From NCBI RefSeq assembly GCF_009914755.1, contig NC_060926.1: DNA of 64,000 bases. The stretch is one strand, 5' to 3'. The notes under the pieces were generated by a model that had not been told where the DNA came from, searched no databases, and worked only from the letters and a program-made list of their open reading frames with translations. Positions within the stretch are counted from its first letter, which is position 1. Every line of letters begins with the position of its first letter. Below, in pieces: positions 31,790 to 41,960 of the stretch. Made by a program: the position numbers and the translations under genes. Source of the stretch: the human T2T-CHM13v2.0 reference genome, Homo sapiens.

Positions 31790-32185
31790 GCACACCACCC
31801 ACCTTCAGTATGCCTCAGCAGTAAGGTCACCCCTCCAGCTATTCAGAGGCTTGTCCACACACACTCACACAAAGAAGAGCTGGAATCCTAGGAATTTACT
31901 TCCCCCAGGGCAGCCATTGACCAGTAACCATAGGTACTGGGATACTGCAGTCCATCTCCCTGGCCTTCCATGGGCAATTCCAAGGTGTAACTTATACTCC
32001 AAAGCTCCCCTGCAGGGTCAGGCTGTAGCTACCACCCTCAGGATGTTGCCTGAGGACACCCTCTTGCTGGGTTTCCTCCCTTCCACTGTCCTGCACCTCC
32101 ACTCCTTACCAGGCTCCATGGGAGCCCTTCCTTAATATATCACTTATGCATGAACCCTAATGTTAGTCCCTGCCTCTGAGGCCTT
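31790..32185 (+). mobile_element. Old ERVL LTR (LTR16-like)
   Basis: cagggcagccattgaccagt...gggata and terminus aatatatcacttatgcatgaaccc...tgcctctg; highly diverged. Confidence 0.45.
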
Positions 32186-32369
32186 CAGGTGTCCAGTCTC
32201 TAGAAAGGGAGATGGTCAAGAGAAGAGAAAAAGACAGTGGGAAAGAATGTGGAAAACATATCATGCTGGAAGGGAACATGGGAAGGACCCAAGATCAAGA
32301 CTCCCAGGACTCGAGAGGGCTTCCAGGAGACAAGGGAGGCTGTGCTGATGCTGGAAAGATGAATAGGAA

Positions 32370-33010
32370 TCAGTCCAGCAAAGGCAGAGGGCATTTGTGA
32401 CAGAGAAGGCAATCAGTGTAAAGATCCTGAGAAGAGCAACAGCAGAGCTCCTTAGGGAAATTGCAAACAGATCAGTATGGCTGGAGGGCAGAACACCAGA
32501 AGGGCTGGGCAGGCCATAAGACCACAGGTGGGCACTGGCCACTTCAAATGGCTTAGTAAGCCAGGATGGGGGATTTGGAGCATCCTGACAAGCCTTGAAG
32601 TGCCTTTGAGCATCCCTTTGGCAGCAGTAAAAAAAATGGATTAGCGAGGGGCAAGATAGGAGACAAGAGGACCCATTAGAAAGCTGTTGAAGTAATTCAG
32701 CCATGAGACGACAGTGGCCTGAAATAAAGTAGCAGAAGTGGGGCCAGAGGGAGGAAAAGGATTAAAACTGAGAGATCAATTGTGATATCAGGAGGGCAAG
32801 GCCAGTGAACTGGGCAAGGCAGAAGGCAGACAGAGTAGGTGGGCAAGTTATGTGCAGTAAAGAGGTGGAGATGATGAACAGAGATTATTTTTGAACAGCT
32901 TAACCATAAGAAGAAGGAAACAATTCAGTGTCAAAAAAGGGTTTTGCAGGGGCTGAAGGGGGCAGCCTTTAAGATGAAAGAGAACTGGAACTCATTTATA
33001 AAGTTACAAG
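32370..33010 (-). mobile_element. L2 fragment
   Basis: Purine-rich diverged motifs such as cagtatggctggag, gctgttgaagtaattcagccatgagacgacagtggcctgaa. Confidence 0.55.
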
Positions 33011-33950
33011 GAAAGTGAGATCTACCCATCAAAGTTTCTGCCCATTTCTCTCTCTGCCTTTCTCGCTTTTATTTTCCTTTTTACTTAGATGAAGACTTGT
33101 TGTCATGTTATCCTTAAGATGAGCACAAGAAATTCCAGCAGCAAGAAGATACCAGGACATAAAAACTATATACTTCAAAAGTTCAGACTTAATTCCTGTT
33201 CATATATTGCATTGGATAAAATTTGTTTTTTTTTTCCAGTCCAGCCCTGGTAAAAAGGCCACAATAGCACAAGCAGTCCTGTTATGGCTGCAGAACAGAA
33301 GGTGGGAGGAAAAGTTCAATTAGAACCATGCCTTCCTCAGCCCGATAATGGGTTTAACATTTGCAGAGGGTTCCCAGGCAACAACCCCTGCCATTCCACA
33401 CCCCACAAATTGGGAATGGCTTTTTGTTGCAGGCTGAGAAAGCACCACACAAAAGGTCCCAGGCAGCACAGCTTTTTCATGTTTGAAGGGTCGTCAGCCC
33501 AGCCCCATCTGCCTCCCAAAGCATATTCCCCTCTTCTCTTTACCTTCCCACAGATGACACTTCGGACAGCTCTTTTCAGGTAAGTCCAAGAGAAAAAGTA
33601 AATGCTAGGCCTGGTGAAGTAATTTCTCACTCAGGTTTTGCAAAATGCAGAGAGGCTACAGGTTTCCCCAAATATACTACAAAAATCTTTGAGTCTCAAA
33701 AGGGGAGACTGTCGACGGTGTGAAGGGAAGTGTTTTCAAAGATAATTCACCTGGACATTTGCCTAGGAGTTTTGCAATTTACAAAATATTTCACACACAT
33801 AATTTTATTGGATCCTCACAATAATACTGTATTTTTCTTATTCTATAGATGAGAAAACAGACTCAGGTCTTCTCCTTGGACATGTGGTCCATTGCTCTTT
33901 CCACCATTCCACACTGCTTCTAAAAAAAACAAAAAACCAGGATGGCATCT

Positions 33951-34200
33951 GTTGGGCGGGGCTACGGGGCTTGTGATGCCGCCCGCTGAACTTTGTGACA
34001 CAGCCGCTTGCGGAGACAGGAAGCGGTCGCAGCACGTCAGGCCCGCCCTCTTCCGCGGCCGCGGTGGGAATGGAAACATCTGCCCCACGTGCAGGAAGCC
34101 GGGTGGTGGCCACGACAGCGCGCCACTCCGCAGCGTAACCTCGCAGATCCCCTGCGTGTGTCCTCGCAAGACTAGCTCACCGAAATGGCCGCGTCCAGTC
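33951..34200 (+). promoter_or_regulatory. Small CpG-island-like, promoter-like segment at the retrocopy 5' end
   Basis: About 27 CpG in 250 bp by hand count; GC boxes GGGCGGGGC (33954-33962) and CCCGCCC; ETS-like CAGGAAG and CTTCCG; CACGTCA CRE-like; palindrome CCGCGGCCGCGG 34053-34064. Confidence 0.55.
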
Positions 34201-34640
34201 AAGGAAACTTTGAGGGAGATATTGAGTCAGTGGACCTTGCAGAATTTGCTAAGCAGCAGCCGTGGTGGCGTAAGCTGTTTGGGCCAGAATCTGGACTCTC
34301 AGCCGAAAAGTATAGCGTGGCAACCCACCTGTTCATTGGAGGTGTCACTGGATGGTGCACGGGTTTTATATTCCAGAAGGTTGGAAAGTTGGCTGCAACA
34401 GCTGTGGGAGGTGGATTTTTTCTCCTTCAGCTTGCAAACCATTCTGGGTACATCAAAGTTGATTGGCAACGAGTGGAGAAGGACATGAAGAAAGCCAAAG
34501 AGCAGCTGAAGATCCCTAAGAGCACTCAGATACCTAACCAGGTCAGGAGCAAAGCTGAGGAGGTGGTGTCATTTGTGAAGAAAAATGTTCTAGTGACTGG
34601 GGGATTTTTCGGAGGCTTTCTGCTTGGCATGGCATCCTAA
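34185..34640 (+). CDS. Intact 151-aa FUN14-domain ORF (FUNDC2-like mitochondrial outer-membrane protein), coding status unproven
   Basis: [11 protein letters not shown]...WWRKLFG...[54 protein letters not shown]...[13 protein letters not shown]; strong Kozak gaaATGG; no indels or stops. Confidence 0.6.
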   Translation: MAASSQGNFEGDIESVDLAEFAKQQPWWRKLFGPESGLSAEKYSVATHLFIGGVTGWCTGFIFQKVGKLAATAVGGGFFLLQLANHSGYIKVDWQRVEKDMKKAKEQLKIPKSTQIPNQVRSKAEEVVSFVKKNVLVTGGFFGGFLLGMAS

Positions 34641-34764
34641 AGAAGATACCTCATTTTCATTGTTCCTGGTTTTTTCCAGCCAGCAGCCTCTACACTCCAT
34701 CACAGGACATTGAGTCCCTCCTCCTCTTCTCCCATGCCTTCCTCCCTGCTGTGGCAAATCCGAG

Positions 34765-34870
34765 TGGCTTCTATAAGCATCCGTTGGTACAAGTTAATGT
34801 GGCACCATGAGCCTGACTGGCTTCTATAAGCATCTGTTGGCACAAGTTAATGTGGCACCATGAGCTTGAT
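34765..34870 (+). repeat. 53-bp tandem duplication (2 copies) in the retrocopy 3' UTR
   Basis: tggcttctataagcatc(c/t)gttgg(t/c)acaagttaatgtggcaccatgagc(c/t)tga(c/t) at 34765-34817 and 34818-34870, 4 mismatches. Confidence 0.95.
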
Positions 34871-36339
34871 GGCGGCAGAAGAGACAATAGTCCTTAGCTC
34901 TTCTTCCAGTACGCCCCCTACTTAGTCAGTCTGTAGGTCATCAAGAAGGTCCCTCTACCCCTATGCAAGACACTTACAAGAACACATTGCAAGATAGCTG
35001 ACCGTGGAGGATGAGTGGATCCTGAAATGTTGTCCCGAACTGTTGATTTGGAAAAGAAATAAGCACATAGATAACCTTATTGTGTGCTGCATGGAAAGGA
35101 ACTGAATACAATTGCCTTTAAGCATTAAAAAAAAAAGGATGAAAAATTGGGGTGTCACATTTGCAAAATGGATGGACAAATGTGGTCAGGGCAGATCAAG
35201 GTAAGGGATGATCTGAGGCAAAACTGTGAAGGATAAACTTTGGTGACCCTTACATATTTTTTACCCTTACCCCAGGTGCCCCCTGTTTCCCAACCCCTAA
35301 TGCCCAGGGCCCTCATTCTCTACACTTTTGCTAAACAAGGCAACTCTTCTCTGTTGCCCACATGAGCAGAACCTCATACTTTGGCTTCCGTGACTCCTTC
35401 TATCCCTTCAAAACATACCTATCCCTACCTGTGTTCTTCTCCCTCAATTTCTCTCTGGGCAACTGATCTACTTTAACCTGATCATTTGACTTCCTAGGAA
35501 GTACCTTCCACTCTGAGAGTCAGAATGCTCTGCATGTGTGCTAAGGCATTAAATGAAGATTGAAAGTCACTCCTGTGTTACCCCTCTCTGGCAGCACTGC
35601 TACTTTGACAAGGGTTCTGTTGACTCAACCTGAATTCCACAGTGTTGTGAGAGTTTCAGGCACTGCTGCAGCTAATAGGTACAGCTATTACTGGGTAGGG
35701 ACTCCCTCAATTGGCGCACCACAGTCTATCCATCAAAAATTTCTCAACCATGGCCCTGGGATTGATTGCCCAAAACCCATTAGAGGACTGCAGGGATCTG
35801 CCAGAAGGTGGGACATGAGATATGAATACATTCCTTAAGGCTCTGTAGCCCTGAAAACTCAGCCCCAGAAGATGATCTGTGCAGGAGGTTTTGAGCCTAT
35901 CCAGGTTACCAGAGACACCAGGACTACCTCCTCCAGCCAAGACTGACCACAGTCCAGAGAACAAAACCCAGATATCAGAATCTATCTCTGACACTGGACT
36001 CTTCTTTCTTGCATTGTGGGAAATGTAAGAACTACTCTTGGAAAGAAACAGTAGAGACCAAGAGACACTGCGATGGAAGCTGACTGGTTTCAGGGTTCAA
36101 AGGTCTGTGTTCCACCCCAACTTGGCCAGTTATCAGCAGGAGGGGCCATGAACAATCCAGAAAAACCCTCTGGGCCTCTGGTTCCCCATCTGAAAAATTA
36201 AGGATAGTGAAACTTGCCTTGCCTACTCACAAGTCTGTCCTGAACTCATGAAACTCTAGCAGCTTTTCTATCTCCTCAGCTTTTCTATCACTTAGGTGAA
36301 AAACCTGTGGCCTAAGAAATTAAATGACCCACTTACCTG

Positions 36340-36800
36340 TTGTCTTAGTTTGTGTGTCCCCAGACCTTGAAACAAGCAATCAAATACAAGTAGTGTATTT
36401 AAGACAGGCAAGAAAAACTGTCAGAGGAGTGGAAAAGTGAACCAAGGAAGAGAAGGTAGCCAGTAAAATGATTTATCAGTCTTGCTGCCTTGGGGACAAC
36501 TGAAAGTTAATTCCCTGAGGAAATTCTGGAAATGGAGTACAATGCAGGCCTTGAAGTTATCCTGCCCATGGAATAAGGGAGCTTGGGTGTTTGCATGCCA
36601 GTCTTGCAGAGTCCTTGGTTGAGGCTGCTGGGGCAGGATGTGAGCAGAGTGGACTTCATGGCCCTTTAAAAAAAAAAAAAAAAAGAAAGAAAAAGCCTGC
36701 AGACAAAAGGAAGCAGAGTCTGGCTAGTGGAGGTTGGTCAGAATGCATGGAAATGGCAAGGCCCATTGGGTATGTGTGTGTCATTGCGATGGCTTCAACA
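36340..36800 (-). mobile_element. Old ERVL LTR (LTR33-like)
   Basis: tgtcttagtttgtgtgtcccca...caagtagtgtattt...aggaagagaaggtagccagtaaa pattern. Confidence 0.5.
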
Positions 36801-37707
36801 GCTAACAGTCAACAAGGCTAAGATCTCAACTTCGGTTCCCTGACATCCCATTAGGGTCTTTCCCACTATCACAACTCCCTCTGACATTATGGCTCAGTTC
36901 TCCTGACTCTCCTCCTCATGAGGTTTCTGCCAATGCCCAGACTGCTTCCTGCCAATGTTGTTCTTCCCATACATGGTAACACCATTGGGTCAGAGCTGGG
37001 AGAGGGCATCCCTTGGCCAAACTGTCCTCTCCAGGCTCTGGCACTCAGCTCAGAATGCTCAGCATTGCAAGCCTAGAACAAGTTCCTTAACATGAGAATT
37101 CACAGATTTGGGTGTCTGTTTCCAGACCTACGATATCTGTCAACAGAATACTAATCCAAGAAGATATTTTGACAGGAGAGAGAATAGTGACCCCAGAAAA
37201 AAAGGCAAGTAAGAAGAGAGGGAAGTCCTTGAGTCCAAGTGACAAGACCATCAGGGCAAGACAGGGTACAAGGGGATTCAGTACCTGGTTCGGATACTAA
37301 ATCTGCAAACAGTGAGCATCCCTGTTGTTTACAGAAGCACATGTCCCGGATGCAGGTCAAAAGCCTAGAGCAAGCTAGATCTGAGCTGTGCATACATTGG
37401 CAGACACGTGTGAGTGGCCCAGTGCCCCAGGGACAAGGTTCTTTTCTTAGCTGGGGAAAAACAGGCACCGGACTATCTCCACCGAGGCCTCACCAAAGCA
37501 ATCAGTGGAGTGCTAAATACCTATCTGACAAGTCCAAAGTCTAGGTGAAGAAACATGGAAATGGTCTTTTCTCTTTGTGTTTTGGTGGTAGAGAGGGGCT
37601 GAAAGGACAAACAGTAAAATAAATATTTTAAAAGTCGCAAAACATTAAGGAAAATTCTGACCCATTAGATACAAATTCATAATTAAAATAGCCTAGCCTC
37701 ACTGCTT

Positions 37708-38613
37708 CTGCATGTCATCAATTGTAAGATGCACATTTTTTTTCACATTTTAATGTCCCTGAAATTGGAGTTGTCTTTGCAGTAATGGTGGCCCTCAGTC
37801 CCTCCTAGCCAGAGAATAGTTACAGCAAAATTGTCATTGCCCACATGTCCCAACATGCACAGAGATACTCCCATTTTCTTTACTCATGTACTGAGTTTAG
37901 TTATGCAAGATGTCTTCAAACCAGAAAAATGTCAGTAATTGTTGAAGTTAGATAATGGATTCACAGAGTTTATTATTTTATACTTTCCACTCTTTTATAT
38001 GTTTAAACATTACTAAAATAAAAAGGAAAAAAGGTCTCCAAAATATGCAATGATTCAGCATTAAAACAAAATGCTTATTGTGTTTTCAGAAAGGGAGAAA
38101 AATAGAGCAGTGAGGTATCAATGTGATATTAGTAAAACAAATGCTTGACATTGAAGGAATAACTGAAATTTTACATTTTCTTAGAAAATAACAAGCAAGC
38201 CCTTTTCAGGACCTAAGAAAGAAAGCTGTCTACAAGTGGATGTAGCATGTAATATTTTGTTACTGAGATAGAAGGCAGGAGGAATTGCGTAGGCTTTTGG
38301 AATTTGTGTAGTAAAAATACGAAAAATTAGCCGGGCGTGGTGGCAGGCACCTGTAGTCCCAGGTACTCGGGAGGCTGACACACGAGAATGGCATGAACCC
38401 GGGAGGCGGAGCTTGCAGTGAGCGAGATCGCGCCACTGCACTCCAGCATGGGTGACAGAGCGAGACTCTGTCTCAAAAAAAAAAAAGAAATTTTGAAACA
38501 ATGTAACCAAGTTATGAGTTATGGTAGACTACCATTATGCTGTTGTCATAGTTTAATACATAGAATAATGGTACACCTTCCCTTCTATAGTGTCTTAGAA
38601 TCAATAAAGCAGC
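37708..38613 (+). mobile_element. Old Tigger-type DNA transposon (Tigger13-like), interrupted
   Basis: Degenerate inverted termini catcaattgtaagatgcac and gtgtcttagaatcaataaa; contains an L1ME-like 3' scrap (about 37935-38030) and an AluY half. Confidence 0.5.
38309..38486 (+). mobile_element. AluY right arm (5'-truncated)
   Basis: Starts at the A-rich linker tagtaaaaatacgaaaaattagccgggcg; gaatggcatgaacccgggaggcggagcttgcag; poly(A). Confidence 0.9.
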
Positions 38614-38764
38614 ATTTTCAATGTTAAGTATTCCCCATGTTGACTAACCAAGGCAAAATTTTAAAATATGCATATTTACAGAAAGAGATGAAAAAGTTTT
38701 TGTTCACCAAAGTTCCTCTTAGGAAGAATCCTGCATTTGTCTAGAAGATATGCTTTAATAAGAG

Positions 38765-39000
38765 ACAGTACAGTCTCGGGGCTGAGATCATGGGCTCTGA
38801 AACACGGCTGCGTATGTTTGAATCCCAACTCTGCTGCTTGTTAACTGTGTGACATTAGACAAGTTACTTAACTCTTCTATACCTCAGCAGATAATGAAAG
38901 TGGATCTTTCATTGATTGTGTAAAGATTAAATGAAATAATACTTGCAAAGAATTAAAACTAGTACCTGGAACAAAGGAAGTGTTCAATAAGCTGTTATGC
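38765..39000 (+). mobile_element. MIR
   Basis: tttgaatcccaactctgc...ctgtgtgacattagacaagttacttaactc...gattaaatgaaataat. Confidence 0.8.
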
Positions 39001-40525
39001 CATGTTCAATAAACTGTTATGCCATGAAGGAAAGGGAAAGAACAATCTGTTTCCTCCTGAAGAAGAGACGGTCAGGAGATGGGTGGAGAATTCAGAGAGA
39101 GGGATCCCAAGAGACAGCAAAAACCTTTCCTAAACCATGATGTGTATTTATTAGGGAAAATTTGACATTTAAGGTGAATACTAAGTATAACAGGAAAAGC
39201 ACACGTCACAAAAGTAGAAGGCAGAAGAGGCCCTGAAAAAGCAAGTCCTGGGAATTCACAGAATCAAGTGAGAAGCTATGGATCCTCGTATGCCTTGCAT
39301 TTTGGAGCTAAACTAGGTTGCGCTAAGTTAAATGTGTATACCTTCCTCCTTCTCAAAGATGATAAATTGATCCCATCTTGGGTGCCAACTGTGATCAATT
39401 AGAGTGTTATACTGTGAAGGATTAGCAATATCTGCCCTAAGCATGGGGGGATTCAGTCACAATACATGAATAACATTTCAGCCACATTGGTTTTAGGGCA
39501 GACCTGCGTCCCCTTGACATTAGAAATACAGTCAAAATGAAGAAAGCCCCACAAAAACCTCTCTGTTCCATGTGGCTGGTCCAGGACCTAAGTATGTGGG
39601 ACAGCCCTCTTCAGACTGCACCCTAAGGTCACACAACTGGATAGAGTTTGGGTGACTGATTCAAAGTGCATCGAACAAGTATCACCACATAGGGATTCTC
39701 CAACCCAAATCAAGCACCCAGCCGGTGTCCAGGGGATTCTCAACCAATAAAAGATACCGGTATTGCACCCATAGGCAGGGAATTGGTGGCAACCAAATGA
39801 ATTGAAAGTTGTTAAAGCTATATGCTGGCTTGAATTATGTTCATTGAAATGTGTAGAGAGAAAGGGGAGTGTAGTTCAGAATTAACATTGACTTAACAAT
39901 CATTCTGTTTAACTCTCTCATTATACAGAGAAAGAAATTGAGTTCCAAAGTTTATAAAATGTCAGAGGCAGGTCTAGAACCCTGAGCTCCTGAGACCTAT
40001 CTAGCCAGGGCCTTTCTTCTTGTAAGGTTGAAAACATAGGACATGCTGAGGGTTAACTATGAAAAACCAGCCCTTCACACCATCCTTGCTGTCCTCTCCT
40101 GCAACTCCAGGGAAAATTGGACCAATTGGGAAACTATCTGCTCCAAGAACATTGACTCCTCTAAAAGTTCAGTCACTCTCTGCCATGTTAGAACCATCCA
40201 TGTGTGTTTCTTCTGAATTCCAAGCCAGAGGAAATATCTCAAATTGTGCCTGTTAGAACCCTGTCTCAGAGTTTATCAATAGACTGCAGAAGAGCTTCTA
40301 GGTTATATGGTCTCACAATGATCAAGCCATTCTTTCTGCTGCAAATGAAAGCTTGTCCCCAAGTCTATCCCCAGTGGCCCACTGTGGCACTCTTTTTGCT
40401 TTCTCCAGAAGACTCCTTTTAAATATGCATGCCACTTTTGAGAGCATCTTCATAACCCATTTGGTTTGTGCAATTCAGAGAGAACAGACCAGGCCCACGA
40501 CCTTGGATGAAAGGTCCAGGGAAAT

Positions 40526-40694
40526 TCTTTTTTATTTATTTATTTTTTTAGAGATAGTTTCGTTCTGTCACCCAGGCTGTAGTGCAGTGGCATGATCACA
40601 GCTCACTGTAACCTTGAATTCCAGGCTCAAGAGATCCTTCCACCTCATGCTCTGAAAATGCTGGGATTACAGGTGTGAGTCACCATGCCCAGCC
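40526..40694 (-). mobile_element. Free right Alu monomer (FRAM-like) with 10-bp TSD
   Basis: Single monomer with complete 5' end; TSD ccagggaaat at 40516-40525 and 40695-40704. Confidence 0.85.
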
Positions 40695-40849
40695 CCAGGG
40701 AAATCGTTGAACCTCACCCACTTTATGGTTGGTGAGGATCAGAGGCTGCTCCTTGCCCCTCCCCAGTAGTAAGGAATGTGGTGTTAGGAGGGGGTGGGGT
40801 CTGGTATTGGCAATGGCAGAAGCAATGCCTTTCTTATGTTAATCATTCA

Positions 40850-41690
40850 CGTTCATTAATGTTTGTAAAATCCATGCATGTCATTGTGTGTAGCTATAGT
40901 GCATTCCTTTTCACTGCTGGATAGTATTTTGTTGTATGCGTGTTATGTTGCATCCAGTTTGGGGCAATTATAAACAAAGCTGCTATGAACATTGTTTGTT
41001 TTTTCCATGTGTCCACTTGTACATATATTTTTCCAGGCATAGACTCAGCAAAGAATGCCCTGGGTGTTCTTCATAAAGTGTGAAAATCTTCAACTGAGTT
41101 TTCTGCAGCGTTTGCACCATCTTATGTTCCTACCAGTGTGACTGAGCATTTCTATTCTTCTGCATCCTCACCAACACAGCGTATTTCAGAGTGTTTAATT
41201 TTAGCCATATTCCTTGGCGGTTTTATTTTGCATTTCCTCGGTGGTTTTATTTTGCATTTCCTCAATGACTAATGAAGTTAAACACATCCTCACATATTTC
41301 TTGGCCATTTATATTTTCATTTTGTGATGAATGTATTAGATTCCTTTGCCAGTATTTCTTTTGTATTGTTTGCCTTTTTCTTACTTGGTGAAGGAGTTGT
41401 ACATGTGTGCTGGGCACTGGTCTTTTGTAGTGATAACTGTTGGAAATACCATTCCCACACTCGTGGTTGGTCTTTTCACTTTCTTGTTGGTGTGTTTTGT
41501 TGAACAGAAGTTCTTAGTTTTCATAGAGTTGAACTTATCTGTCTCTTCTTTAGAGTTAGTGCTTTCATGGTCTTATTTAAGAAATATTTCCCTGCTCCAA
41601 GCACATAAAGATATAGTTTCATACTCACTTCCAGAAGAATTTAGTTCTGCTTTTCACAATTAGATCTTTTATCCTTCTGGCATTAAATTT
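40850..41690 (-). mobile_element. Ancient L1 (L1ME-class) fragment
   Basis: ccagtttggggcaattataaacaaagctgctatgaacatt, catcctcaccaacac, ttttgcatttcc...atgactaatga. Confidence 0.75.
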
Positions 41691-41729
41691 TAAAATGTCT
41701 CAAACTTCTTTGTCAAATTATAATGGGAA

Positions 41730-41960
41730 CCATAGCACCATGTTCTTGAGCACTGGCTTGGAGGCCGCCTGCGTTTCGGTCATGGCTCAGATGTTCACTA
41801 GCTGTGTGACTCTGAGAGTCTGCTTTACTTCTCTGTGCCTCTCTCCCAGCTGTAATAGTACCCACCAGAGCACTTTTCTGAGAGTTAAATGAATTAATAT
41901 GTAAAAGCGCTAGAAGAAAGAATGTCTGGCACACACTTAATGCTTTATAGGACTTAGCTA
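41730..41960 (+). mobile_element. MIR
   Basis: cactagctgtgtgactctg...ttctctgtgcctc...gagagttaaatga. Confidence 0.65.

Larger units (their letters stand above)
33945..35136 (+). pseudogene. FUNDC2P2: Processed retrocopy of FUNDC2 (probably the locus called FUNDC2P2)
   Basis: Intronless copy: GC-rich 5' leader, parental start METSAPRAGS at 34070 stopped by TAA 34136-34138, 1-nt frameshift and TAG 34173-34175, intact downstream FUN14-domain ORF, 3' UTR, poly(A) remnant 35127-35136, probable TSD A-run+aggatg on both sides. FUNDC2 origin is clear; the P2 number is from memory. Confidence 0.9.

Noticed and set aside
33892-34488. 198-aa ORF overlapping the retrocopy as a separate gene
   Set aside because: Alternative frame of GC-rich retrocopy sequence, non-ATG start in the flank, no recognisable domain; only its internal ATG is noted as a possible overlapping uORF
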